In this document: positions 15,001-25,300 of the stretch, one piece after another
Position numbering within the stretch: position 1 is the stretch's first letter
Layout of the letters: each line of letters starts with the position of its first letter
Assembly (NCBI GenBank): GCA_002633005.1
Contig: NMRA01000311.1
Location: 197,839-261,838, forward strand
Reading direction: 5' to 3'
DNA length: 64,000 nt
Source: Phoronis australis
Lineage: Eukaryota > Animalia > Phoronida
Made by a program: the position numbers and the translations under genes
The notes under the pieces: generated by a model
Database searches by the model: none
Told to the model about the DNA's origin: nothing
Seen by the model: only the letters and a program-made list of their open reading frames with translations

Positions 15001-18000
15001 ACTTAAAGTTCAGATTTAAAGTTATGCACAGCAACTTTCCTGAATTCTATAAACAACAACTAGATGTTCAACTCAGTAACTACAACTGCTTACCTTGGAC
15101 AAGTCGACTCCGGTAAGTGCCTGCACAGCAGGAGGTAGCTGGCTGACCAATCGGGACACCTCTCCAGTAGTGCGGTCATCTCCCACCAGAACAATCTGGT
15201 CAGTCTTGGCCAGAGGGGCGGCCACCTCAGCAGCAATCTACAATTTTAAGAAATGGTGCATTACATGACCTATTTAAGCATAGAATAATGATTAATTAAG
15301 AATCCCAAAGGAAAAAAGTTTTAAGTGACAAGAAGTTCAACAAGATCAGATATGAGATACGGAAACTGACACGAGGCCATGCAATTAGCTTTCTGCATTG
15401 TGGCAATGAGGTCAGAGTTCATTTTAACAAATTTTGACTTATGTTGCGAGGCCAAGAGAAAGTGAAAGTTACACAGTAGACAAGCCACTGTTTACTTACT
15501 CATCAACCAAACACAAAATTCATAATCATTAACAACAGGTAAGGCAAAGCAAAATCATTCTTAGGTGCTGGACAGAGGTTATTTTGAAAGTTTGTCATTT
15601 TTAGACGATTACTTTTAAATTATCAAAGACAAAAACACACCAAATATTAGCTAAAGAAGTGCAGCAATGTCTTTTTGAACAAAACATCAGCACTTTTCAA
15701 GTTTTCAAAAATTGTGTAGGCACAGACCAGAACCAATATGATTTTAGTCAAATGCATACTCCCAAAATTAACACAGGTGTCTAATAAGAGCCAAATCGGA
15801 CCTTTGAACAACCAATCACCAAGATTTTGGTTAATTCGCAGAGCACCTAAACATTTAACCCGGGTCAAACAGGCCTTTTCTTCAAAACAATTTCAAACAC
15901 TTCACAGTCTCTTAGGCCTCAATTGCAGAACCCAGAGAACAAGGCCACCACCAGATGTCCCCACCTACCTTGGGCAGCGTCTCCAATACCAGACTCATCA
16001 TGGCGGCGTCGCCATACTGTTTATAAGCCTGTGCCTTCAGCCTCATCCTTTCAGCCTCCGCCTTGCCCACAGCTTCGATGGCTGCAGCCTCAGCGCCACC
16101 TACCAATTTGATTTTCTCGGCATCAGCACGAGCAGCCTCAACAGTCTGTGTTCTATAATTGAAAAGAACAGGTATCGGTAACCAACAACTTTGAAGTTCA
16201 ACATGCATAGGATCTTCAAACGCCAAGTGGCATCATACAATATACATCCTATTCCATGAAATGCTGAGTGAAATGCACTGAAAATAAAATATGTTATAAA
16301 ATGCAAATTTATTTGCCAGCATCAGATACATGTACAGCTTTTCGCAGTTGTCTCAGCAGGGACATTGGAAACACGAGTCCTAATTTACAGTGCTCTGACT
16401 ACAGTACTCCACCATATCTTGAACTATACAGTACTCCACCATATCTTGAACTATACAGTGCTCAACCATATCTTGAACTATATAGTACTCCACCATATCT
16501 TGAACTGTACAGTGCTCCACCATATCTTGAACTGTACAGTGCTCCACCATATCTTGAACTATACAGTACTCCACCATATCTTGAACTATACAGTACTCCA
16601 CCATATCTTGAACTATACAGTACTCCACCATATCTTGAACTATACAGTACTCCACCATATCTTGAACTATACAGTGCTCAACCATATCTTGAACTATACA
16701 GTACTCCACCATACCTTGAACTATACAGTACTCAACCATATCTTGAACTATACAGTACCCCACCATACCTTGAACTATACAGTACTCCACCATATCTTGA
16801 ACTATACAGTACTCCACCATACCTTGAACTATACAGTGCTCAACCATATCTTACGACACACCTCCCCTCCCATTCTTTACTCACCGTTTCCCTTCAGCAA
16901 TCTGCTGCACCTTGTGTGCTTCAGCCTCCGCCGGCCTCTTGATGTTTGCCTGTAGCTCCTTCTCCTTTCTCATAATTTCCTTCTCTTCAACAGCGATCTG
17001 TTTGCGTCGTTCCACGACCTCGATCTCAATCTCCTCGCTACGGATCTTCTGTTTCTCCTTGGCAGCCTGCAACTCGTACGCTAGCTCAGCTTCAGCTTTC
17101 TGTAAATATACATGGAGCAGACGACGGATATAAAAAATGGCCGTCGTAGTCGCCGGTCTACTTCAAAGTATAAGAGATACCCTGTTCATACAGCATATTG
17201 CCTATGAAGATTTTCTACACCTTGCAGATTCGTTTAAACTTAGGATTGTACTGCTGTGACAAAATGTCACAGGTCAGTTGAGACAAGAAGGCCACTTAGC
17301 ATTTCTTTATTTAGAACAATACAAAACATCAGCCTACAGTTGGGCCAAAACACAGCATTGTTATACAACAGTGTAATCTGGATTACTGGATTACCCATGG
17401 CCAAAAACAATCACACAGNAGTTAGTCATAGATTTGTAGATATTTGCCAAATATGCACCTTTCGATGAGTCCCACATAACTTTAAATAGCTTGGCATTAT
17501 GTCTGATTTTGGCCCAATATGTGTGTATGTCTGTGCAGGAAGGGGGCAGGAGAGGGTGTCTTCCTACCACAGGTTCTACGTTTGTCTTCTTTACAGGTTG
17601 AAAAGACAGTTGCAGAGGCAGAGGACAGCCAAGCTTCATCAACTTCTGGGAGACTTCTTGAGTCGTACGGCTGAGAAGCAGGAAGCATTGGAACAGTACT
17701 CACTGGCCTTGAAGTAAGAAGGGCTGTTTATAGTGATATTTGTGATACTGTTGATGTCACAGGTTCACATAGTTTATGTTTAAGTTGAAGCATGTGATAA
17801 TGAACGGTTCTGTACAAAATTTCCTTAGTAACATCGAAGGGTGGTGCTATTTTACTTTTAGTGGAATTCATTGGCGTTTTTTGGCATGCTTGTTTGTTTT
17901 TCCCTTTCTAATACCTTAAAATCATAGGCAACAGATAAAATTTTTAAAATCTTTATAAAACTGTAGGTGTTTTAAGAATTAACCTTGGCAACACTGTTTT

Positions 18001-20120
18001 CTTTTTAATATCTTAAAATCGCAGAAAGTAGGTTAAACTAAAAGGTCGTTTTGAACGATGTGATTTTGTTTCGAAGGATTGAGCCTGGCAATGCTGCAGC
18101 TACTGAAGGCTTGGAACGACTGGAGAAACAGTCGGACATTAGCTTTGAAACGGGCTACGATATGGAGGGAGAAGACATGGAGGCTGGTGATAACGTTGAG
18201 GTAGGGGGCGGGGTCTGGGGGGAGAGGCTACACTAGCTGTGCTCAATCAATCACACGCTGTTCAGCCTTGGAATATGAGTCAGGTAACTTAAATGTGACA
18301 CCATCAAGTTAATTTAGAGAACGGATTCCTGCATTTCACCCTCTCTGACACCCCGCTCAAATCAAGAAATCTCTCTGACAAGCATGAAAGTGCTTCGTGA
18401 GTGCCTTATGTCCCTGTTGAATGCCTGTAGTTTAAGATTACATAGCTCATTATTGACAAGCATGAAAGTGCTTCGTGAGTGCCTTATGTCCGTGTTGAAT
18501 GCCTGTAGTTTAAGATTACATAGCTCATTATTGACAAGCATGAAAGTGCTTCGTGAGTGCCTTATGTCCCTGTTGAATGCCTGTAGTTTAAGATTACATA
18601 GCTCATTATTGACAAGCATGAAAGTGCTTCGTGAGTGCCTTATGTCCCTGTTGAATGCCTGTAGTTTAAGATTACATAGCTCATTATTGACAAGCATGAA
18701 AGTGCTTCGTGAGTGCCTTATGTCCCTGTTGAATGCCTGTAGTTTAAGATTACATAGCTCATTATTGACAAGCATGAAAGTGCTTCGTGAGTGCCTTATG
18801 TCCCTGTTGAATGCCTGTAGTTTAAGATTACATAGCTCATTATTGACAAGCATGAAAGTGCTTCGTGAGTGCCTTATGTCCCTGTTGAATGCCTGTAGTT
18901 TAAGATTACATAGCTCATTATTGACAAGCATGAAAGTGCTTCGTCAGTGCCTTATGTCCCTGTTGAATGCCTGTAGTTTAACATTACATGGCTCATTATT
19001 GACAAGTCTGTGTATTTAGTCAAATATATGCAAAATATAGATTTTAAACTTATTAAAAGTATAATTTTAAACCTATTAAAAGTATAATTATGTTTTCTAA
19101 AAATAGAAAACTTGTATAATTTCATTTTTGACTTTTATTAATGTGATATTAATATTGTCCCGTGACCACGTCTTTGTGGTAAAATTTACAAAAAAGTACA
19201 ATGATAGCAAAACACCGCTATCACTAAAAGATCAATTTTCCTTTTATTACAAATGTTTGAAATGAAATCTAGAAATTGCTATTACATTTTTCTAAAATAT
19301 CATCTCATTTAGTTGTATGCCACTTTAGGTTTTTTCACGAAAACTATGTAAGCTCTATTTTTGATAGCCCTTCATGCAAAAGTGGAACATTTTAAAAAAA
19401 TCCTAACATCGTTTTGGAGACCTGTGCACAAAGCATAGTATATGAAAGTCTCATATAAATCCGATCGGCCATTTCTGAGATACACTGAAGTTAACCAAAC
19501 TCGGACATTTTTCTGATGACACGGGATACTCATTTGAGACTGTGGGAATGAAGGTGGTAGTGATTGGTTTGAAAGGGGTGTCCGAAGGGCTGCGAGGGTG
19601 AAAACCAAGAATCAATTCCTGAATAGACTTATCAGTTTCGGACTCTGACATCTAGGAACACCAGAAGAAGGCGATGCAATTTTCGTAGAAACAAGTCAGT
19701 CATCACTTCAAAAGAGCCAGGCTGCCTTAGTCTATAGATATATTGCAGCGAGTCATGCTGTTCTGCTTTAACTGGAGGTCAATCCAGCGAGTCTTTGTTT
19801 TTTTGTTGAAAAGTGATATTTTTCTAAAATTGAATTGCCGACCACAATGGCCCCGATCATTCATAGTGCTGAGGTTTACCTTAGCATAGTTTATCAATTT
19901 TTGAAGGGCCAGAAATTAAGGAAGTAAGGTCACTTTAGTGATATTCTATAGTGTGGCGAAATGGTCCCAAAAAAGTTCCTCCCATGGGGGTGTTTTCGAG
20001 CAGCTCCCTTCTTGCCCATTCTTATGTTAAGTTAAAATTTATTGTTCATTTCAGAATGACTTTGACTTCAGTGACATGGAAAGTGCCTGGTCAGTCACTG
20101 ATGCAACAGACTTTACATGA
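1..20120 (+). CDS. ANAPC7: Anaphase-promoting complex subunit 7 (TPR protein), 5'-partial, spliced
   Basis: Exons <1-24, 587-691, 1533-1620, 2028-2123, 3407-3495, 3855-3969, 5392-5533, 6202-6302, 7938-8101, 17597-17713, 18077-18200, 20055-20120(TGA). All GT-AG and phase-compatible. Peptides TCYKEVLRECPLAVDAMRGLLSLGIKGADV, WLSLWIRAKA, NVEALLLKGYGLLDL..HFREALKVAPYRYECHKGIIDSYL, LHQLLGDFL..EALEQYSLAL and an acidic tail (DFDFSDMESAW) are colinear with vertebrate APC7. The apparent intron 8102-17596 is inflated by a duplicated segment. Confidence 0.93.
5187..5246 (+). mobile_element. tRNA-derived SINE head remnant
   Basis: A-box-like TAGCTCAGAGTG and B-box GGTTCAAATCC, but no full cloverleaf. Similar remnants at 29781-29843, 46873-46945 and ~61950-61978(-). 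Confidence 0.5.
6350..7017. repeat. 21-bp minisatellite (TGTCCAGACTGACACAGCCAC), about 32 copies
   Basis: Almost perfect tandem array in an ANAPC7 intron. It explains ORFs 6326-7046. Confidence 0.97.
11484..11549 (+). CDS. ANAPC7: Duplicate (probably allelic) copy of the ANAPC7 terminal coding exon
   Basis: ttcag|AATGACTTTGAC...TTTACATGA is identical to 20055-20120. It lies inside the duplicated block 10226-17418. Confidence 0.8.
   Translation, partial: NDFDFSDMESAWSVTDATDFT
12623..13190. mobile_element. PIF/Harbinger (Tourist-like) MITE, 568 bp, presence/absence polymorphism
   Basis: Imperfect TIR of about 40 bp (GGGCTGTTCCAGTAAAATCTGTATGGGAG.. / ..CTCCCACACAGATTTTGATGGAACAGCCC). 3-bp TSD TGA at 12620-22 and 13191-93. 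The empty site with a single TGA is at 21272-21274. Confidence 0.88.
14284..17099 (-). CDS. FLOT2: Duplicate (probably allelic) copy of flotillin-2 exons 6-9
   Basis: Exons 17099-16885, 16152-15969, 15237-15094, 14313-14284 have intact splice sites. The exonic differences I noticed against the 22374-25285 copy are synonymous. Exons 1-5 are absent because the copy ends at N17419. Confidence 0.85.
16399..16852. repeat. 27-bp minisatellite (TACAGTACTCCACCATATCTTGAACTA), about 17 copies; other copy 24770-25040, about 10 copies
   Basis: Tandem array in FLOT2 intron 6. It explains ORFs 16268-16955. Confidence 0.95.
18376..19006. repeat. 81-bp tandem repeat, about 7.8 copies (second copy 10226-10459 runs into a gap)
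   Basis: Unit TGACAAGCATGAAAGTGCTTCGTGAGTGCC...CATAGCTCATTAT, in the last ANAPC7 intron. Confidence 0.95.
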
Positions 20121-20284
20121 AGGTCAAGCATCAAGAATTACGTGACTCTGGGTCTAATTTCTGTTTTCGAAACTTGACCATTTGCATGCCATGTTGTGAG
20201 AAAAGTTACAAATAAGAATTCGAATAATGAAGGTTGTAGTCTCGAGTCAAAGTCAAGTCTGTATTCAGAGGTTGGAGGGTGATA

Positions 20285-20588
20285 AACCTGTGAATGGAGG
20301 CTGGTCATTAGTGTAGCCTTCCAATACAACCTGTGAAGGGAGGCTGGTCATTAGTGTAACCTTCCAATACAACCTGTGAAGGGAGGCTGGTCATTAGTGT
20401 AATCTTCTAATACAACCTGTGAAGGGAGGCTGGTCATTAGTGTAACCTTCCAATACAACCTGTGAAGGATGGCTGGTCATTAGTGTAACCTTCTAGTACA
20501 ACCTGTGAAGGATGGCTGGTCATTAGTGTAGCCTTCCAATACAACCTGTGAATGAAGGCTGGTCATTTGTGGAGCCTTCCAATACAAC
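20285..20588. repeat. 43-bp tandem repeat in the ANAPC7 3'UTR, about 7 copies (other copy 11725-11985, about 6 copies)
   Basis: Unit AACCTGTGAAGGGAGGCTGGTCATTAGTGTAACCTTCCAATAC, located between the stop (20120) and AATAAA (20833). Confidence 0.93.
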
Positions 20589-20832
20589 GTGAAGATAAGA
20601 CATAACGTCTAGTTTGCATGTTGTGGTTCATGTGAAAAAAATATCTAGATGTATTCGAGATTTGTAACTGGTTTGCTTTCAGTATAATTATAATTTTTTT
20701 TTTCACAGGACAATTATAACTTATGTATTTTCTCCATTGACTCATCCTTTACGTTTACAAAGTTCTCCAAGGAGAAAATCTAAGCCATTAACATTGAAGT
20801 GTCATTGACCAGAGAACAACGTGAAATTTTGA

Positions 20833-20879
20833 AATAAAAATTAAACCCACAAATGTGTATATTATCTAACTACTTTATT
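20833..20879. terminator. Back-to-back poly(A) signals of convergent ANAPC7 (+) and FLOT2 (-)
   Basis: AATAAA on + at 20833-38 and on - at 20879-74. Both are kept in the other copy (12188-93, 12226-31). Strand base skew flips from T-rich to A-rich here. Confidence 0.6.
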
Positions 20880-22373
20880 TCTGAGACAACATATTACAGA
20901 GGTATAAATAGACATAAAATGAAAAAACATTTGATAAGAAATCCTTGCATATATATTAATATCAACACTAGACACACCTTTATGCAATCTACAATGAAAA
21001 AGAAAGACAACTAATTATACTGGCACTTCCAATACAGAATTTTCGGAATTAACAGTCCGTAACATTTTTAATGGAGGCCAATAAACCAAGGCAAACAATT
21101 TCAAAGATACCGAAAACCATTCAAAGATTCAAATTTTTTATGCTCAAACATTATTTAAAAGCCATTATAAAATCACCATCCATCACAAACAAAACTTATT
21201 TTAATAGACCATTTACTGGCATAAAATTAGGTCTCGCATTTTTCACAAGTAAAATTAGAGGATAGGAAAGATGAGACGGTTATTGCTAGAGTCGAGGCTC
21301 TACATGTTGGCTTATCGAGGCATGTCATTGTTATGCACCAAGCTGATCTCGAGGAACAAAGACCCGTTTGTTCTTGACGCACTGAACAATTATTTCTTAT
21401 CCAATAAAGGAACAGGTGGAGACCAACTTTAAAGCAGTAAGTGATCTAACTTAAAAAAAAAATCACTTCTCTGACAGAACGCAGGTTTGTAGATGCTTTG
21501 ATTTAGATATGCAAACACATTAACATACAAACTCATTAAATGAAGGAGCTAATCGTAACGTGATAATGGAATAAACACAGCAAATATCTTCCTAATTGCC
21601 AATTTATACAGCGGAGGAGTGTTCAGGACTGTGGAAACCACACACACAAAGATAAACAAGACTAAAGCTAAAAAGAGTCTATTTACAGACATGGATGATA
21701 AATCGGTTTGTAGGTCGACTTTACACACAGCATGGGGCTATATTTGGCACAGGCTGTTACCATGATAAAATGTGACTTACGCACATTGATCAGAGGGAGA
21801 ATAATGTCACAAAAATAGGAAGAAAACCTGAGTTCATACTACTTTTTTAAAATCACATAAATATTTGTTACATGTAGTGACAGCATTCAAGTGACAGCAT
21901 TCACCACGGTGGATTAGTAGAGATTTCACACTGCAAAACAAACAGTGTAAAATTGGGGAGGTGAAAATTAAATTTAAAAGCAAAAGATACATTGGCCCAT
22001 CTAAAGCGGACCAATTTTATAATTATATCACCCTGTGATGCACTATAGTAATAGGGACTTTCATAAATTTTACAGGAAGTCTCCCGACACGAGAAATCTC
22101 AATCAAGGAATTTGCCTAAACCTAACATAATGGTCTCTTTTACAAAAAAACATCACAACAGAACAATCCATGGTTACGCTCAGCTTAAAATTAAAACTGT
22201 TTTAATACGAAAAACAAACGAATATTTTTAGATAAGTCATAAAGGCAACAAGGCGATTGTTACGTTCAGTTCTAAGTTTTGATTTCACATTTCGCACTCT
22301 TACTGCCCGGTTACCATGGCAACTGTTGGGAAAAGCAGCCTCGAGATTGCACGAACAAGTAGAGTCCTCTCTA

Positions 22374-25300
22374 TTACACAGCGCCAGGAACTTGCTTCAA
22401 CACCTGGAAAAGCGTACAAAAATGCTACAGACATCATACAGCGTAGTAATCCAGAGAGTAAGTGAGATCATGAGAATTTGGTAGTTATTGAGACATACAC
22501 AAAAACCTTAATTGCCACCAGGTGGTGCTACAGTAGCTGGGACTCGTGCCGAAATCAGTAGGAGCCGTGCTCTCCTCAATTGTCACACATGTATAAATTT
22601 CGTGATGCAGAAATAAAAAACAAAACTGAAACTAGGGGCCGACACTGTTTTCAAACAGATTGGAAAATCAACGCCAACTGTGCTCTCGTCAATACAAACA
22701 CATCTGCCAAAGTCAATGATTCTTCTAGCGGCTCGGCCAATTGAGAGACAGACACCAAGACAGATTCGAAAATAATAAAAATGGCCACTAGGGGTGCTGG
22801 CTCTCCAATGAATCCATTCAAAATTTAGATGTCATCACAAAAAAGCGCACTATGCCAAATTTCACACAAATTTGTCAAGATACAGACATTACTGGTGTGG
22901 TCAATCTGAAAGTTGCCGTCATCTGTCGTCAGCTTAACAGGAATATCACTGCCAAATTTCCCAATATCCCACATGTGCATATGTTGAGTTATCAATTGAA
23001 GGGTGAAACACTTGGTGACAGTGAATGATATTATGTAAAAAAATGAATCTTTCCAAAAATGCACCACTTAAAGTTCAGATTTACAGTTATGCAGAGCAAC
23101 TTTCCTGAATTCTATAAACAACAACTAGATGTTCAACTCAGTAACTACAACTGCTTACCTTGGACAAGTCGACTCCGGTAAGTGCCTGCACAGCAGGAGG
23201 TAGCTGGCTGACCAATCGGGACACCTCTCCAGTAGTGCGGTCATCTCCCACCAGAACAATTTGGTCAGTCTTGGCCAGAGGGGCGGCCACCTCAGCAGCA
23301 ATCTACAATTATAAGAAGTGGTGCATTACATGACCTATTTAAGCATAGAATAATGATTAATTAAGAATCCCAAAGGAAAAAAGTTTTAAGTGACAAGAAG
23401 TTCAACAAGATCTGATCTGAGATATGGAATCTGACACGAGAACATGCAATTAGCTTTCTGCATTGTAGCAATGAGGTCAGAGTTCATTTAATAACAAATT
23501 TTGACTTTTATGCTGCGAGGCCAAGAGAAAGTGAAAGTTACACAGTAGACAAGCCACTGTTTACTTACTAATCAACCAAACACAAAATTCATAATCATTA
23601 ACAACAGGTAAGGCAAAGCAAAATCATTCTTAGGTGCTGGACAGAGGTTATTTTGAAAGTTTGTCATTTTTAGACGATTACTTTCAAATTATCAAAGACA
23701 AAAACACACCAAATATCAGCTAAAGAGGTGCAGCAATGTCTTTTCGAACAAAACAGCAGTTTTCAAGTTTTCAAAAATTGTGTAGGCACAGACCACAACC
23801 AATATGGTTTTTAGTCAAATGCATACTATCAAAATTAACACAGGTGTCTAATAAGAGCCAAATTGGACCTTTGAACAACCAATCACCAAGATCTTGATTA
23901 ATTCGCAGAGCACCTAATCATTTAACCCGGGTCAAACAGGCCTTTTCTTCAAAACAATTTCAAACTCTTCACAGTCTCTTAGGCCTCAATTGCAGAACCC
24001 AGAGAACAAGGCTACCACCAGATGTCCCCACCTACCTTGGGCAGTGTCTCCAATACCAGACTCATCATGGCGGCGTCGCCATACTGTTTATAAGCCTGTG
24101 CCTTCAGCCTCATCCTTTCTGCCTCCGCCTTGCCCACAGCTTCGATGGCTGCAGCTTCAGCGCCACCTACCAACTTGATTTTCTCGGCATCAGCACGAGC
24201 AGCCTCAACAGTCTGTGTTCTATAATTGAAAAGAACAGGTATTGGTAACCAAGAACTTTGAAGTTCAACATGCATAGGATCTTCAAACGCCAAGTGGCAT
24301 CATACAAGTTACATCCTATTCCATGAAATGCTGAGTGAAATGCAGTGAAAATAAAATATGTTATAAAATGCAAATTTATTCGCCAGCATCAAATACATGT
24401 ACAGCTTTTAGCAGTGGTCTCAACAAGGACATTGGAAACACGAGTCTGTACCTAATTTCCAGTTTACCTCCCCTTATTTCCAGTTTACATCCCCTTATTT
24501 CCAGTTTACCTCCCCTTATTTCCAGTTTACCTCCCCTTATTTCCAGTTTACCTCCCCTTATTTCCAGTTTATCTCCCCTTATTTTTTCCTTTTCCTCTTG
24601 TGTTCATTCCCTTGCATCCTCTCTATAGTTTTCATGGTTTCATACTCATCCTAGGAAGAAGAGCCAAAATTCCTGAAAGCTGGTGACTAGTTTATTTGAT
24701 GTATCTAGTTTTATACTGAAGAATAAAAGTGCATTTTAGCTCTCCAATACCGACCCATTACATTAATTCATCTTGAACACTGCTCAACCACATCTTAAAC
24801 TGTACAGTGCTCCACCATATCTTGAACTATACAGAACTCCACCATAACTTGAACTATACAGTGCTCTACCGTATCTTGAACTATGCAGTGCTCAACCATA
24901 TCTTGAACTATACAGTACTCAACCATATCTTGAACTATACAGTGCTCAACCATATCTTGAACTATACAGTACTCTACCATATCTTGAACTATACAGTACT
25001 CTACTATATCTTGAACTATACAGTGCTTCACCATATCTTACCACCCCCTCCCCTCCCATTCTTTACTCACCGTTTCCCTTCAGCAATCTGCTGCACCTTG
25101 TGTGCTTCAGCCTCCGCCGGCCTCTTAATGTTTGCCTGTAGCTCCTTCTCCTTTCTCATAATTTCCTTCTCTTCAACAGCGATCTGTTTGCGTCGTTCCA
25201 CGACCTCAATCTCAATCTCCTCGCTACGGATCTTCTGTTTCTCCTTGGCGGCCTGCAACTCGTACGCTAGCTCAGCTTCAGCTTTCTGTAAATATACATG

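Larger units (their letters stand above)
10226..17418. other. Duplicated block, second copy of about 18376-25593 (likely alternate haplotig or false duplication)
   Basis: Colinear near-identity with scattered SNPs and indels. Bounded by the N-gap 9907-10225 and a single N at 17419. It interrupts ANAPC7 intron 9. Confidence 0.85.

Noticed and set aside
16268-16955. Extensin-like YSTPPYLEL ORF
   Set aside because: Translation of a 27-bp VNTR in FLOT2 intron 6; copy number differs between the two copies.
14284-17099. A second flotillin paralog or pseudogene nested in ANAPC7
   Set aside because: Protein appears identical, introns are near-identical and the boundaries coincide with Ns, so an allelic copy fits better.
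18362-19019. 189-211-aa ORFs on both strands, and the possibility of a CRISPR-like array
   Set aside because: 81-bp head-to-tail repeat with no unique spacers, in a eukaryotic intron, and no cas genes.
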